DNA of 64,000 nucleotides from a virus, in IMG/VR virus record IMGVR_UViG_3300023084_000003; one strand, given 5' to 3'. Of this stretch, positions 36,004-48,700 are shown one piece after another. Position 1 is the first letter of the stretch. The number at the start of each line of letters is the position of its first letter. Position numbers and translations under genes: made by a program. The notes under the pieces are model-generated. The model did no database searches, was not told the origin of the DNA, and was given only the letters and a program-made list of their open reading frames with translations.

Positions 36004-39000
36004 TTAGAATGTTCCTCCATCAATCTCATTAATAGCAATAGCAACTTGGCCGGCCGTGACGGTTGTATCTACACCATCTGTACCGATAAATGTTAAGCTT
36101 GTGCCGAGAGTGATTTCAGTATTCGCACCGTTTTCATCAACAATCGTAAATGGTTTTGCTTCTAGTGTATCATTATTTATTTCAAGCGTAGAATTATCTA
36201 CATTAACAGAGAACGTCGTACCTGTCAAGGTTAAACCGTCTCCACCAGAATATGTTCCCTCACCTGAGAACTGATACCAACTTACATCATCTGTTCCAAG
36301 ACTAAATGTTTCAGCATCGTTAACAGTTGCAACATATCCAGTACCTCCATTTGTGGTACCGTCAGTTACAAATTGGAAAGATCCAGGAATTTCTGATGAT
36401 TCGTTAAAGTATTCTCCTCTAGTAAGTACCCAAGGAGTTCCACCACTACCAACCTCAGTGACTTCATATGAGCCATTTTCTTCTGCGTTAGTTTGATCTT
36501 TAACAAGTACTCTATCTCCAACATTCCATGAAATGACGCCATCTACAGAGAAAGCGACATTAGTGTTGGCCGTAAGAGTTCCTGCACCGTTATTATATAC
36601 TGCACCTAGATCTACTGTTGTTGCAGCAAGAGCTGAAGGAATAACTCGTAGACCTTGTACTGTATTATCTACATAAGATTTATTGGCAGCATCACTACCA
36701 GCTGTAGGTGCAGCAACATTTGTAATTCTAGAGCTGTTGACATTTAATTCAAGAGCTGTTCCAGTACTGATTGAAACACCGTTAGCTTGAAGTTGCAGAT
36801 CTTGCCCGTTGTCTACATATATTCTTCTATCTGCACCTGATCCACCGATCTTAACATCAGAAGCTTGTACTACTGTTTCAACTTGAATATGTTTAAGGAA
36901 TGAGTTTGTACCACCTGGATGCAAGAAATATGTTTGAGCATCAGCATCTACAAATCTTTCAGCTTTAACATCACCATTTTGTACAACCCAATCACCAGAC
37001 TGTTTATCAGCATAAGCTGCAAAGTTGAATGTTTGATCAAGGAAACCTATCTGCCCGCTTGTAGCATAGATATATGCAGAAGAAGACGCGCCATCTTTCA
37101 TCTCAATTTGAGAATATGCTTGTCCTTCTCCAACTTTCAAACCTTTAATAATAGAGGTTCCGTTTGGATCCATGTAATAGGCGTTGTCGTCTGAATCGTA
37201 ATATCTTGGAGCAAAAACGTTACCAGTAAATACAGCACCGGTAGTGGTAGAATATCTTGTATCTAGATATGCATAGTCCAGAATAAGATCCGGCGTAGAT
37301 CCTGCAGACTGAGTATGAGTAACATTGATACCACTGTTATTAGCAGAAGATGTAACGTCGTTAACGTAGTTTGCAGTAATCGTAACTGGGATTGTAACAT
37401 CACCGGCTTGTACTACTGTATTTGAACCACTTACATCTCCACCTAGATTAATATCAAAGTTTGTAACTTCTGCATAAATTTGGTCGTTAGCATCAATGTT
37501 AAAGAAGTTGATACCTTTATTAAGACCCCCGGCCTGAGCGTCCGTAAACATGAGACCAACGAGGTCATGCACAGTTTCTGTAAAGTCAGGAATCGCGTTT
37601 GCTTGAAGCTCAACCGGAATCTCTGTAGCAAAATCGATACGGCCGTCTGCAGTAATTCTAATACGAGGAGTAAATCCATCATTACCGTAGATACCTGTAG
37701 ATCCTACCATTGGCTCAGTAAGGCCAATCTCGAAAGAGTTGTTTGCTTGATCTGGAACACCTTTTACTTCCAACTGATCTTCAGTGAAAGTAATCGTTGG
37801 GCTTTGAATCAGGTTAATATAGTTGTAAGTATTTGCACCGTTATCACCTGAAATAATATTCAAGTTGGATGTAAATGTATCGACATAAGCTTTATTTGCA
37901 GCATCGGTGGCAGCAGTAGGAGTTGCAACATCAGTGATTCTATTATTGTTTACACTGATATTTCCAGTGGCATCAAGATTTAGATCACCAGCAGATGTAA
38001 TAGTAGAATTAGCAACTATGTTTGTTCCAATGGTAAGTTTCTTAACACCGGCTGTAAAGAATTCTAATTCATCATTGTCTGCATTTGGAGATGATTCGGC
38101 AGTAATCTTTGTATCTTGGTCGATGTCAATTACTGAACCAGCAAGACCCGCCCATGCTACTCCGTCGTAACCCTCGAAGCGAGAATCATCTGTGTTATAG
38201 CGTAACATACCAGTTACTGCTGACGGTCTTTCTGCTACATTACCAACTGGAATCTTAACGGCACCTGTTGTGTCAATAGTAATAACTTCATCACTACTGT
38301 CAAGTGTATCTACAAATAGTTTGTTCCAATTTTTAGTGGTAGAACCCAAGTTGTAAGTTCTATCTGCATCTGGAATTAAGTTACTTTCAAAATCAGCAAC
38401 CACTTGAATGGCATCTGTGTTTGCATCACCAATAGTAATGTTACCGCCGATATTAACGTTTCCAGTTACATCAACATTTCCATAAAAATAAGCAGTATTT
38501 GAAGAATCTATTTTTGCAGCAAGTGTTCCGCCAGTAATAAATCTTAATTCGTCATTATCAGAGCCAGGTGAAGTTTCAGCTGTAATTTTTGTATCTTGGT
38601 CAACATCAATAACGCCTCCCAAACCGGACCAAGCTGTTCCGTCATATCCTTCAAACTGGCCGTCTTGATTATTAAAACGAATCATACCTTGAACGGCTGT
38701 TGGACGTTCTGCAGTATTTCCTCTTGGAATCGTAATGGCGCCTGTTGTATCAATTACAACATTAACATTGGCAAGCATTTGAGTGGAATCTAAAAGAAGT
38801 GTTTGTGTTCCACCAGTGAAAAATTTAAGTTGGTCGTTGTCAGAACCCGCACTATTTTCCGCTTGAATTTTTGTATCTTGGTCAACATCAATAACACCAC
38901 CGAGTCCTGACCAAGCAATACCATCATAACCTTCAAACTGTCCATCAAGAGAATTAAAGCGAATCATACCTTGAGCAGGTGTTGGTCTGTCGCTGCTATT

Positions 39001-40188
39001 TCCTGACGGTAAAGTTACTGCACCGGTTCCACCAATTTGTAGAATACCAGTGTTAGGTGTAATAGAATTAATTACTTGGCTGGCATCTACGTGGAATTCT
39101 GTGCCTTCTAATGAAAGACCGTTACCAGCAGTAAATGTACCAACACCTTGGAATTGAGTCCAAGTAATATCGTGAACATCGAGTTGGAATGTTTCAGCAT
39201 CTGATACTGTTGCTACCCAACCAGTTTGTCCGTAAGTATTACCATCTGTTACAAACTCATATGAGCCAGGAACATCTGTTGCAGTCAGGTTAAAGAATGC
39301 TCTTCTAAGTACCCAATCAATGAGAGTAGAACCGACAACGTCGATGTTATATGAACCGTTTTCTTCTGGATTATTCTGATCTTTAACGAGGATGTTATCT
39401 CCTCTAGACCAGTTTGTAACACCGTCAATATCTAGAACTGCCGTTGCAGGAATCGTAATTGTCGCACCGATAGTTGTATTACCGGAAGCAAAAGTACCGC
39501 CAAGATCTGCTGTTGTTGCGGCAAGAGCTGACGGTCTTACAACAAGACCTTGAGCAGTATTGTCAACATATCTTTTGTTTGCGGCGTCTCGTGGATCTAC
39601 TGGATCCTCAACAACACGAACAGTTAATTCAAGAGCAACTAATTCGTCAGATAGATATTCTCGTGTTACAACGTCTGTATTTGCTTGTGGCGGTGCAACA
39701 TTGATAAGTCTATTATTACTAAATGAAACGTCATTGTTTGGACCTGCTATAGATCCAACATTAGTAAATGACAAACCATCTAGTGTTGATGTATTATCAC
39801 CTAGATTAAGTGTTGTATTTGCAAAGCTAATTGATTGAGAAGAAATAACGCCGTTAGCAACCGAGAAGTTTGATGTACTTAACTCAGCATTAGTAACAGC
39901 TGTAAGATGCCCAAACTGATCTACTGTAACATTGTTAAGTAGACCGAGAGCTGTGTTATTCGTGTTTGCTTGCGATGATGTGTCAGCGTGAGAAACTTCT
40001 ACGTTTGCTGTTTCTATCTGATTTGGAGTTACAACAATACCGTCTCCGGCTGTTATATTAGCAATATAATTGCCGGTTGTATCTGCACCAAGCGCAACTG
40101 AATCTGGTGTTATAAGAGGCTTTTTTTCTCCGGCTGCTACAAGTCTTACTGAGTTTGTTTGGGAGTTAACCTTTAATTTGATAGCCAA
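36004..40188 (-). CDS. Virion fibre/structural protein (1394 aa)
   Basis: Three GxxxxRP....GMIRFN.....FEGYDG.AW.GL.G.VIDxDQDTKI repeats, two SALAATT.DL...VKDQ...EENGSY domains, DAANKxYVD motifs. Confidence 0.75.
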   Translation of the reverse strand: MAIKLKVNSQTNSVRLVAAGEKKPLITPDSVALGADTTGNYIANITAGDGIVVTPNQIETANVEVSHADTSSQANTNNTALGLLNNVTVDQFGHLTAVTNAELSTSNFSVANGVISSQSISFANTTLNLGDNTSTLDGLSFTNVGSIAGPNNDVSFSNNRLINVAPPQANTDVVTREYLSDELVALELTVRVVEDPVDPRDAANKRYVDNTAQGLVVRPSALAATTADLGGTFASGNTTIGATITIPATAVLDIDGVTNWSRGDNILVKDQNNPEENGSYNIDVVGSTLIDWVLRRAFFNLTATDVPGSYEFVTDGNTYGQTGWVATVSDAETFQLDVHDITWTQFQGVGTFTAGNGLSLEGTEFHVDASQVINSITPNTGILQIGGTGAVTLPSGNSSDRPTPAQGMIRFNSLDGQFEGYDGIAWSGLGGVIDVDQDTKIQAENSAGSDNDQLKFFTGGTQTLLLDSTQMLANVNVVIDTTGAITIPRGNTAERPTAVQGMIRFNNQDGQFEGYDGTAWSGLGGVIDVDQDTKITAETSPGSDNDELRFITGGTLAAKIDSSNTAYFYGNVDVTGNVNIGGNITIGDANTDAIQVVADFESNLIPDADRTYNLGSTTKNWNKLFVDTLDSSDEVITIDTTGAVKIPVGNVAERPSAVTGMLRYNTDDSRFEGYDGVAWAGLAGSVIDIDQDTKITAESSPNADNDELEFFTAGVKKLTIGTNIVANSTITSAGDLNLDATGNISVNNNRITDVATPTAATDAANKAYVDTFTSNLNIISGDNGANTYNYINLIQSPTITFTEDQLEVKGVPDQANNSFEIGLTEPMVGSTGIYGNDGFTPRIRITADGRIDFATEIPVELQANAIPDFTETVHDLVGLMFTDAQAGGLNKGINFFNIDANDQIYAEVTNFDINLGGDVSGSNTVVQAGDVTIPVTITANYVNDVTSSANNSGINVTHTQSAGSTPDLILDYAYLDTRYSTTTGAVFTGNVFAPRYYDSDDNAYYMDPNGTSIIKGLKVGEGQAYSQIEMKDGASSSAYIYATSGQIGFLDQTFNFAAYADKQSGDWVVQNGDVKAERFVDADAQTYFLHPGGTNSFLKHIQVETVVQASDVKIGGSGADRRIYVDNGQDLQLQANGVSISTGTALELNVNSSRITNVAAPTAGSDAANKSYVDNTVQGLRVIPSALAATTVDLGAVYNNGAGTLTANTNVAFSVDGVISWNVGDRVLVKDQTNAEENGSYEVTEVGSGGTPWVLTRGEYFNESSEIPGSFQFVTDGTTNGGTGYVATVNDAETFSLGTDDVSWYQFSGEGTYSGGDGLTLTGTTFSVNVDNSTLEINNDTLEAKPFTIVDENGANTEITLGTSLTFIGTDGVDTTVTAGQVAIAINEIDGGTF
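38090..39030 (-). repeat. Three ~85-aa tandem repeats in the 1394-aa protein
   Basis: DNA-level near identity, e.g. gtatcttggtcaacatcaataac near 38590 and 38874. Confidence 0.85.
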
Positions 40189-40191
40189 GGG

Positions 40192-40518
40192 TTATACCTC
40201 CGTTATAGTAGGAACTACTGTCGCAAGTCCTTCTAGGAGCTTAGACGTTTCTCCGGTGGCCTTTTTCATTAACACATCATATTGGTATTTTCCGGGATTT
40301 AAAGTAGCCGTAGTATCTGCTGAAAGTACTAGGGTTACGTCGTTATTAGCAGTTTCAATATCAAAATCTACTGCTTTTTTGGACGAGTACAACTTACGCA
40401 TATCTGCATGAAACGTGATCGTGCTGAGAACCATCTCGTCATTGTCTTCGTCGAATAGCTCTAAGGATAGACGGAAATCTGTACCTTGATCTATATAGAT
40501 ATTTGCTTTGGATCCCAT
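40192..40518 (-). CDS. Small beta-sandwich virion adaptor-like protein
   Basis: ANIYIDQGTDF...L.LSA..TA.L.PG.Y.YDVLM......KLLEG...V.P pattern of BppU/LtfC-like sandwiches. Confidence 0.55.
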   Translation of the reverse strand: MGSKANIYIDQGTDFRLSLELFDEDNDEMVLSTITFHADMRKLYSSKKAVDFDIETANNDVTLVLSADTTATLNPGKYQYDVLMKKATGETSKLLEGLATVVPTITEV

Positions 40519-40543
40519 TTTAAATCTCTTTTGCTTTTTTCTT

Positions 40544-40551
40544 TATTTATA
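40544..40551 (-). promoter_or_regulatory. T4-type late promoter TATAAATA
   Basis: Exact consensus 26 nt upstream of the ATG at 40518, just downstream of a terminator. Confidence 0.8.
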
Positions 40552-40567
40552 ATAAAATGATGGTTTG

Positions 40568-40594
40568 AAAAAGGGGGTATTAGCAACCCCCCTT
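40568..40594 (-). terminator. Rho-independent terminator after the collagen-like fibre gene
   Basis: Minus strand reads GGGGGT-TGCTAAT-ACCCCC followed by TTTTT. Confidence 0.8.
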
Positions 40595-40617
40595 CAAAGT
40601 CGAGATTTAATCTGCAA

Positions 40618-43600
40618 TTACCCCTTGAATTTGTCTAAATCTTTTTTAAGTTCTTTAACTGCTTCGATGAGAAGACCAACCAAGTTTCCGTAAGATACAG
40701 ACTTAATTTTATCTTCGCTATCATCTTCAATAACAGCTTCTGGAATGATTTGTTCAACTTCTTGGGCAATGAGACCGATTCTTCTAACATCAGGATCATG
40801 TTTCTTATGGAAGTAAACACCTCTCATAGCTTCTACTTTATCTAGAGCGTTAGAAATTGTTTCGATGTTTTCTTTCAATCTAATATCAGAGTTTGTTGTA
40901 ACGTCACCAGTTGCAGTAAAGTTACCGCCTCCAGATCCCAGACCAAATGTAAACCATGCTGTTCCATTCGCTTGGTTTTCAATTGAGAATTGTTGGACTG
41001 AAGTCGTTGCATCAAACAAGAAGTTACCTGTCGCAGACTCGTAACCGAGTTTCATTACAGCGCTAGTACCGAATGTAGCATAAACATCATTCGGGAAGTT
41101 CATGTCCGATGTAATACCTGTTACAGCTCCTGATGTTGTTGTGCCATTAACTGTAAGGTTGCCACCAAGCTCTAGGTTTTCAATATAAAGTGTATCTACA
41201 TCTGATTGATAGTAGAAGTTAGATTCACCGCCTGGGTTTGGACCAGTAGTACCAAGTAGAGGTCTTTGCTCAGCGCCACCTTCAAACATTGCGATAAAGA
41301 GTGCAGTATCTTGAAGAGCAGTTGTGTGAACGTTTTGTAGGTTACCTACACCACCTTCGTTACCAAAACCTTGAGTACCCTGAATACCTTGGAAGCCAAG
41401 CTCACCTTGGATACCTTGTGTGCCCTGAATACCTTGTGCACCAGCACCAGTGAAGCCTTGGAAACCAAAATTACCTTGAAGACCTTGTGTACCCTGAAGT
41501 CCTTGAATACCTTGTATACCACCACCGCCGTCTGGGCCTTGGAAACCATACCAACCTTGAGTACCTTGAGCACCTTGGCTACCGCCTTCACCAGGACCAC
41601 CAGTGAAACCTTGAACACCATCAGCACCTTGGAAACCATAGTAACCTTGAACACCACCGACACCTTCATCGCCGGCAGTACCCTGCATACCCTGTGGACC
41701 TTGCGTACCTTGGTTACCAATTGCACCAGCTCCAATAAAGCCTTGGATACCTTGAATACCTTGATTGCCTTCGCCTCCAGGACCTTGGAAACCTTGATAT
41801 CCATCGAAACCTTGGAAACCTTGAGTTCCTACACCAGGACCACCTTGCATACCTTGAGCGCCTTGGAAGCCAGGATCACCAGTTTGGCCTTGGAAACCTT
41901 GAGCACCTTGGTTACCGTCACCCGGCGTACCTTGGAAACCTTGCGGGCCAGATTCACCGTCAGTACCTTGAAGACCCTGTGGACCTTGAGTACCTTGGAA
42001 ACCAGTACCTGAATCACCTTGGATACCTTGAACACCTTGTGAGGCTTGAGCACCCTGAACACCTTGTGTACCTTGATTACCTTGAATACCTGTACCGCCG
42101 ATACCGTCTTGTCCAGCAAAACCTTGCGTACCTTGTGTACCTTGCCCAGTTATACCCTGTGTACCTTGGATACCTTGGAAACCTTGAATACCGTCTCCAC
42201 CTAGAACACCATCAGCGCCCTGAACACCTTGTACACCTTGAGTACCTTGTGGACCTTGTGGACCAAGAGCACCTAGAGTACCTGAAGGACCTTGGAAACC
42301 TTGTACACCTTGATCACCTTGAATACCTTGCGTACCGGCACCTGTGAAACCCTGAACACCTTGAGTTCCTTGAGGACCTTGGATACCAGCAGGACCAGGT
42401 GAGCCTGGATCACCGACGTCACCAGTTCTAGCAAATGTAATGGTAATATCTTCGTCATTAGCAAATGAACCACCTACAGAACCAGATACGTAAGAAACAT
42501 CGATGGCAAAATAACCTGAAGCTTCCGTTACTCCACTGATAGTATATAGTTGGAAGTTAGCAGGTGTTTGCTTTTCAGTGATCTTAACGTGACCTTTAAT
42601 GGCACTTGTGGAATCATCGATAGTTCTTAGATATGGCTGAATGTCTGTGAAGTTATCATCACGATCATCCATCAAAAGAAGTGTAGCAGAAGATCCATTT
42701 GAGTTATTAATCTTAGCATAACCAACACCAGGATCTGATGTTGCTGTGTTTGTTGACCAAGTATAATCGAATGTTACGCCACCGAAGCTACCTGTTGAAC
42801 CCTGCGCACCATCAGCACCTTGGAAACCAAATGTACCTTGAGCACCTTGTGGACCAACTTGGCCTGGGAAGCCTTGCACACCTTGGAAACCATAATCACC
42901 TTGAATACCTTGAGCAGCTTGGAAACCTTGCATACCCTGTGTACCTTGGAAACCGTACCAGCCTTGTACACCTTGAGTTCCTTGAATACCCTGAATACCC
43001 TGCGGCCCGACCTCGGAAGTAGTAATGTTTCCACCCATTGCGCCGTGTACTGTACACTGATAGTACAATGTATCTGGAGCATTAAATGGAACTCTGAATA
43101 CTAGCTTACCATTATCTGTGCCGTTGTTTGTTACGCCTGTATTGTATGCAGCACCACCATTAGATACTCTAATCTGGAATGGATGACCTACTGCATTAAT
43201 ATCAAATACGTATGTAAATCCTCTTAGAAGATGCAGATCAGGATCAAGTACACCATCGATTGTGTAATCGTTAGGAGCATTTGGCGCAGTAACAGTAAAC
43301 TCACGGGCTCCTTCAAAGCCTTGCATACCTTGGAAGCCTTGAGTACCCTGCACACCTTGATATGCTTGTGGACCTTGTACACCCTGTACGCCTTGAGTAC
43401 CTTGTGTGCCCTGTGTTCCTTGAGTGCCCTGTGTTCCTTGAGTACCCTGTGGACCAATAGGACCGCCTGGAATAAAGTTAATGATAGCAAATTCGTCATG
43501 TGTATCAACGACTTGTGTTTGCCAGTTTGTAACTGTACTTTCGATATTTGTTACGTCAAAGTAACCCCAGTTTTTAGAAACTGAATCCCAAGTAAAGTTA

Positions 43601-45363
43601 GAGAATGAGTAAGCAGCAAAATGATGACCGCCAGGACCGTCACCGTCTCCACCTGCGTGTGAAACAATGATATGACCTTTTGGAGTACCTGGAAGTCCAG
43701 CCAAATAATCTAGAATCTCGTCAATCTGATTTGAATACTGATCAGAAGGAATATCATCTAGAATAATTCTTGTTGCTTGGGTAGGATCCGAGTTGTTGAA
43801 TCTAAAGTTATTCGTGCCAGGATCTGATGTAGCGGTACCGCTGTCAAATGCCCACTCAAATGTTAGACCACCATGCTCGCCGTGAGTACCTTGAACTCCT
43901 TGAACACCTTGGTAGCCTTGAGCACCTTGAGTACCGAATCCACCTTGAACACCTTGTGTGCCTTGGCGACCTTGTACACCTTGCCAGCCTTGTACACCTT
44001 GGTTTCCTCTAAATCCTTGTACGCCTTGAGTACCCTGTATACCTTGAGTAGACTGTGGGCCTTGCGTACCTTGACGGCCTTGTAATCCTTGAGTACCTTG
44101 TGTACCCTGCCAACCTTGGAAACCTTGTGTACCTTGAGCTGATTGAGGACCTTGAGTACCTTGTGTACCCTGCCATCCTTGTACGCCTTGAGTACCTTGT
44201 GGTCCTTGAATACCTTGGAAACCACGATCACCCGAAATGTCAAATGCGACAACGAGTGGATAAGAAGTATATGTGCTAGGTGGCGAAGTTAGTTCTGTAA
44301 AATCTTGTTTAAGAGCATCACCAGCTATGTATGTAACGTCGAGTTCCCAGTAACCAGTTTGATCTGTTAATTCTTGAACTGAAAAGATTACATAATCTGA
44401 TGGATTGTCTCTTTTTGTAAATTTCAAATAACCTTTATTAGTTGACGATGCACTATCCATCGCCTGATAAAGACCTTCAACATTAACATTATGATTATCT
44501 GTATCATCAATCCAAATTTGTGTAACTGCTGAAAAGTTATCAGTATTTGCTAAAGCAGCATTAAAGATAACCCCGCCAGTACTAGGATCTGCTTCTGTAA
44601 TATCATTTAAAAGATTATATGTAAGTACTAGACCAGAGTCTTGTCCTTGCCAACCTTGGATACCGTACCAACCTTGAGTACCTTGTACACCTTGATACGC
44701 TTGAGGTCCCTGAATACCTTGAAGTCCTTGAACTCCTTGGACACCCTGAATACCTTGTACACCTTGATAAGCTTGTGGACCTTGGGTACCTTGAATACCC
44801 TGCATACCTTGGACACCTTGTTGTCCTTTAAAGCCTTGGATACCTTGAACACCCTGTTGTCCACGGAAACCGCGACGACCTTGAATACCTTCTTCACCAA
44901 TAGTACCTTGAGCACCTTGGGTTCCCTGATTACCCGTAAAACCTTGTACACCACGGAAAGAACCAATGTTTACCCAAGTGCTTGAGCCAACATAGATCCA
45001 AAGTTCATCATCAGCTTCGTCAATAACACCGTCGCCGATGTTAGGACTTGGAAAAGCAGTGTTCAATGTGGCCTGGGGGTCGCCACCGGCATCTACATCA
45101 GCGACAGATCCAATGATTGTAAATCCTGGACCGTAGTCACCTTGTAAGCCCTGAACACCTTGGACACCTTGGGTGCCTTGAGAAGTTGCCGCAGCTGCAT
45201 CAAAAAGTACCCAGTTGGTACCATCTGAGTAGCGCATCTGCCCAGCAGTCGTGTAGACAATAGATCCTTCGTGTGCCGCAGGATCGAGCGTCGTATAATC
45301 TTGGGGTAAGCCCTGTCCTATAAGAGTTGTGCGACCTCTAAGGCTTCTAAATCTACTCGACAT
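40618..45363 (-). CDS. Collagen-like fibre protein with C-terminal Peptidase S74 chaperone
   Basis: Long G-X-Q triplet blocks interrupted by globular domains; C-terminal [28 protein letters not shown]...IGLIAQEVE...[17 protein letters not shown]. Confidence 0.88.
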   Translation of the reverse strand: MSSRFRSLRGRTTLIGQGLPQDYTTLDPAAHEGSIVYTTAGQMRYSDGTNWVLFDAAAATSQGTQGVQGVQGLQGDYGPGFTIIGSVADVDAGGDPQATLNTAFPSPNIGDGVIDEADDELWIYVGSSTWVNIGSFRGVQGFTGNQGTQGAQGTIGEEGIQGRRGFRGQQGVQGIQGFKGQQGVQGMQGIQGTQGPQAYQGVQGIQGVQGVQGLQGIQGPQAYQGVQGTQGWYGIQGWQGQDSGLVLTYNLLNDITEADPSTGGVIFNAALANTDNFSAVTQIWIDDTDNHNVNVEGLYQAMDSASSTNKGYLKFTKRDNPSDYVIFSVQELTDQTGYWELDVTYIAGDALKQDFTELTSPPSTYTSYPLVVAFDISGDRGFQGIQGPQGTQGVQGWQGTQGTQGPQSAQGTQGFQGWQGTQGTQGLQGRQGTQGPQSTQGIQGTQGVQGFRGNQGVQGWQGVQGRQGTQGVQGGFGTQGAQGYQGVQGVQGTHGEHGGLTFEWAFDSGTATSDPGTNNFRFNNSDPTQATRIILDDIPSDQYSNQIDEILDYLAGLPGTPKGHIIVSHAGGDGDGPGGHHFAAYSFSNFTWDSVSKNWGYFDVTNIESTVTNWQTQVVDTHDEFAIINFIPGGPIGPQGTQGTQGTQGTQGTQGTQGVQGVQGPQAYQGVQGTQGFQGMQGFEGAREFTVTAPNAPNDYTIDGVLDPDLHLLRGFTYVFDINAVGHPFQIRVSNGGAAYNTGVTNNGTDNGKLVFRVPFNAPDTLYYQCTVHGAMGGNITTSEVGPQGIQGIQGTQGVQGWYGFQGTQGMQGFQAAQGIQGDYGFQGVQGFPGQVGPQGAQGTFGFQGADGAQGSTGSFGGVTFDYTWSTNTATSDPGVGYAKINNSNGSSATLLLMDDRDDNFTDIQPYLRTIDDSTSAIKGHVKITEKQTPANFQLYTISGVTEASGYFAIDVSYVSGSVGGSFANDEDITITFARTGDVGDPGSPGPAGIQGPQGTQGVQGFTGAGTQGIQGDQGVQGFQGPSGTLGALGPQGPQGTQGVQGVQGADGVLGGDGIQGFQGIQGTQGITGQGTQGTQGFAGQDGIGGTGIQGNQGTQGVQGAQASQGVQGIQGDSGTGFQGTQGPQGLQGTDGESGPQGFQGTPGDGNQGAQGFQGQTGDPGFQGAQGMQGGPGVGTQGFQGFDGYQGFQGPGGEGNQGIQGIQGFIGAGAIGNQGTQGPQGMQGTAGDEGVGGVQGYYGFQGADGVQGFTGGPGEGGSQGAQGTQGWYGFQGPDGGGGIQGIQGLQGTQGLQGNFGFQGFTGAGAQGIQGTQGIQGELGFQGIQGTQGFGNEGGVGNLQNVHTTALQDTALFIAMFEGGAEQRPLLGTTGPNPGGESNFYYQSDVDTLYIENLELGGNLTVNGTTTSGAVTGITSDMNFPNDVYATFGTSAVMKLGYESATGNFLFDATTSVQQFSIENQANGTAWFTFGLGSGGGNFTATGDVTTNSDIRLKENIETISNALDKVEAMRGVYFHKKHDPDVRRIGLIAQEVEQIIPEAVIEDDSEDKIKSVSYGNLVGLLIEAVKELKKDLDKFKG
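41350..45190 (-). repeat. Gly-X-Y collagen repeats (mostly G-X-Q), 9-nt periodic acc-ttg-nnn DNA
   Basis: Blocks at about 41350-42410, 42790-43000, 43315-43460, 43880-44225, 44640-44950 and 45130-45190. Confidence 0.92.
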
Positions 45364-45778
45364 CGTCTTCCTCGCTCTGACCTAATGTGAACGACAATGT
45401 AGCGTCACACGCTAAGTTTGCGGACGCTTTAATTTCCAATAAATCACCCGATGCAAAGAATTGTCCATTTAGAGGCAAAGCGAAGGTGTCATATGCCGGA
45501 ATCGGCATGTTTCTTATTACGTAAAATTCCTGGTTTAATGCGTATCTATGCGTGCGTACATCGACGTTTACAGTGTTTGCTGAGTAATTACATATAATCA
45601 AAGGACTGATGACTTCGCCTACACCCGGCTCAACCACGTTTGAACCGCCAAAAACAAGCTCAGGAACTTCGTAGTTGGGCACTTCAATAAGAATGTCCCA
45701 GTTCGTCGTTAATGTTAAGTTTTTGGCGACCGGTTTTGCGTCGGGCGCCTGGGATGTTGATATAGTTGTAATTGCCAT
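45353..45778 (-). CDS. Hypothetical virion-associated protein
   Basis: 141 aa beta-rich ORF overlapping both neighbours. Confidence 0.6.
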   Translation of the reverse strand: MAITTISTSQAPDAKPVAKNLTLTTNWDILIEVPNYEVPELVFGGSNVVEPGVGEVISPLIICNYSANTVNVDVRTHRYALNQEFYVIRNMPIPAYDTFALPLNGQFFASGDLLEIKASANLACDATLSFTLGQSEEDDVE

Positions 45779-48700
45779 TATAGTACTGCCCTACTGTTAG
45801 AAGCTCTTCTAGCTAGTTTTCTGACCGATGACGTAAACGGTCTACCCTCAATACGTCCTGTTCTACCATTGATTCTCAGTCCTCTTGCGAAGTACTGGTT
45901 GTTCAATTCGTCAGAACCAGACCATCTAATTCTACCACCATCTTCTGAAAGAACAGAAGCGGTAGCACCAATTGCAGCACCAACGTTTCTAAAGTTTAAC
46001 GGCAACGCATTTCTGTTAACACCTGCTGATGCGCCGTTAAACTGGTGGGCAATGGATTCAACAAGCGAACCAAATGCCAAGAAGTTTGGTCTCAACACTG
46101 TACTAATCAATACGTCGTCAATCAATTCAGTAATCATAGCTCTATGTGCTGCGTTAGGTGCGATATTGGTATTTATATAATCTCTCATACGCTCCCAAGC
46201 TTTATAGAAAGATACTAGCAAATCTACATTGTTTTGATGTCCACTTGCAATCCATCCAGTGCCATTCCAGTAATGAATTTCACCAACATAATCGTTATTA
46301 TCTGGGTTAGATCCGCCTGTTGCTGATACAACGAATGCATCCCATCTCTTTGGATTAGTTAATGCATCACGTTCTGTTACTGTACCCGCACCTTTAAATC
46401 TTAGATCTCTCCAGTTAGCAAACGCGCTTGGTGGGTTAAACACTGGGAATACTGATTTTGAATCAATATCGTATAGTGCTGCTGCAAAAGATCTCATTGC
46501 TTTATCAGAACCTTCGATTGGTGGGTTCTGTGAAGGATCTGTGAAGCGAAGATCGTTTTGTATAATATCAATTAAGTTACCAGCATCACGATATGTTTTA
46601 GGTAGATCGATAAACTTATATGTTGAAGTAATAAATCTCTGTACTTCTTTCTGAAGCGCAACTTTATTATTCAACAAGATATCTCTTGAGAATCTAAACG
46701 CTTTATTCTTCTTGTCTTCCCACATGAAGTCTGGTTGAATTGTTCTACCAAGAGCTCTTGGTGTGTTATAGAATAGTGCGTTGTAGAAAATCATACCCAA
46801 GTCTTTTGCTTGCGCTTGCTGAGCTTCAGATCCCATTTCTGGGCGAAGCTTCTGACCTGGATACTTACCTACTGTAACATCACTTACAATCTTACCAAGT
46901 TGACGATAAGATTGAGCTGTTGCAACTCTTGTATCTTCCGGAATACGAAGTTCGTTATTCCAGTAATAGAAGTCTGCGTTCCAGCGAGATGCTAGGTTAC
47001 CACCGTAGTTCAAATCCCAGCTCATAGCATCAATGATGTAACCTGAGTCACGGCGACACTTAGCTTTGCTGTAATCTACGATAGTAAAGTTGTCTGAGAT
47101 AAACTTAGTTACATCATCTGCAAGATCACCGAGTTTTCCATCGATCATCTTACCTGCTGATACCTTGCTATCATCAACCCATGCTGTGTTAGGTTCGATA
47201 AGCTCAGGAACTGCATCCAATCCATCTCTTCTAATTGCTTCTTCAACAATACGAACCATGTCTGCAGCCCACTCGCCTTCAACTGCTGTCGCTGCTGATG
47301 GACCACCTGCTTCGCCAGCAACATCACCAGTAATAATCTTACTAATGTAGTTTGCCATTTCTTCATAGAAATCAGCAGTTTGTTGACGCTGATCAAATGG
47401 AAGAACGCTTGTTGCATTGTCGAAATACATATTAGCAGCAAGTCTTGTAGCATAGTTTGTTTCGTATTGTACGTCGTGTGAGATAGCGTCGAGCATAATG
47501 CCCACATCTCTACGACATTTTTCTTTAGGATAACTGATACCTTTATAAGTTGTTGAGATATGGTTAACCATGCTCGTTGTAAGTGCTTCAAGAGCATTGT
47601 CAACTTTATCTTTCTCGGTCTTAAAGATTGAAGGTACCCAATCCATATTAGGCTCGATACGTGCAGGTAGGTTATCAGGATTGTTATCATCTGCAATATC
47701 AGCAATCATAAGTGCAAGATGTTTTGCTTCCATAGCAATCTCTCTTCTTGCAGCCAATGATGACTTGTCTTGCTTGAATGATTGTCCTCTAATAACTTTT
47801 ACTGCATTGTCTGTCGCACTTACAAATGTATGTGCTCCAGCATAACCTTTAGCATATCCAGCTTGAACTGTAATTGTTGTTGCTGTTTTAGCATCAATTC
47901 TTAGCGGCTTAGCGAAAGAACCATCTGTTTCTCTTGGATGCGAGATTTGTACAGCAGGTGAACCACATTCGAAAGTAATGCTTTCTTTTTCAAACATGAT
48001 GTAATCACCAACCGCTAGGTTATGAGCACCAAGAGTAACTTCCATCACACCTGTTAAAGGATTGTATGTAGCATTTGTAGGTGTAAAGCGCTTACCGATT
48101 CTTAGATCTACATCTTCATTACGGATTACTTTGCGCATTACTTCAGCCATATGTGTAAAGGCTTTCTTAGTAGGCTCTCTCTGCTCAAGCGGCAGTAGGT
48201 TTGTCATGTTAACAAAGTAGATCTGCGCTGCATTCCACATCGCAGAGTTACCACCGTACTGAATATCATGAGAGATCGCATCAACCATGTAACCAGTGTC
48301 ACGGCGACATTTTTCTGAATCGTACTCAAGATAATCAAATTTGGATTGCAGATAAGAATTAACACCGTTTTGTAGTGTTGTCTTACGTGCTGTAATCTTC
48401 GCAACGTCTGATGCATCGGCATATCCTGTTGCGCCTACAGCTCCAGTATCTGGGAACACGGCTGCAGGTAAACCAAAGAGAGAATCTTCAGTAATCATAT
48501 TAGATACGATATTAAATAGATCTTCTACATCTTGAGCAACCTGAGTAAGAACATTACCGAATGCAGTACTTACTGTTTCAGTATTACCAGTTGTAGGTGT
48601 TACAGGAAGTTTCAACAAAATTCTTTCAGCAACTGTTGCTACATGCTCAAAGATTGCTGCAGTTTCTGTTTTCTGATCTGCAGGTAGAACTGATGTTCCT

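Noticed and set aside
41350-45190. Periodic accttg DNA as a CRISPR array or satellite
   Set aside because: The period is 9 nt, in frame with G-X-Q codons; there are no unique spacers and no cas genes.
46170-46177. TATAAATA inside the 3637-aa gene
   Set aside because: About 390 nt from the next start and encoded by ordinary Y-I-N codons; compatible with chance.
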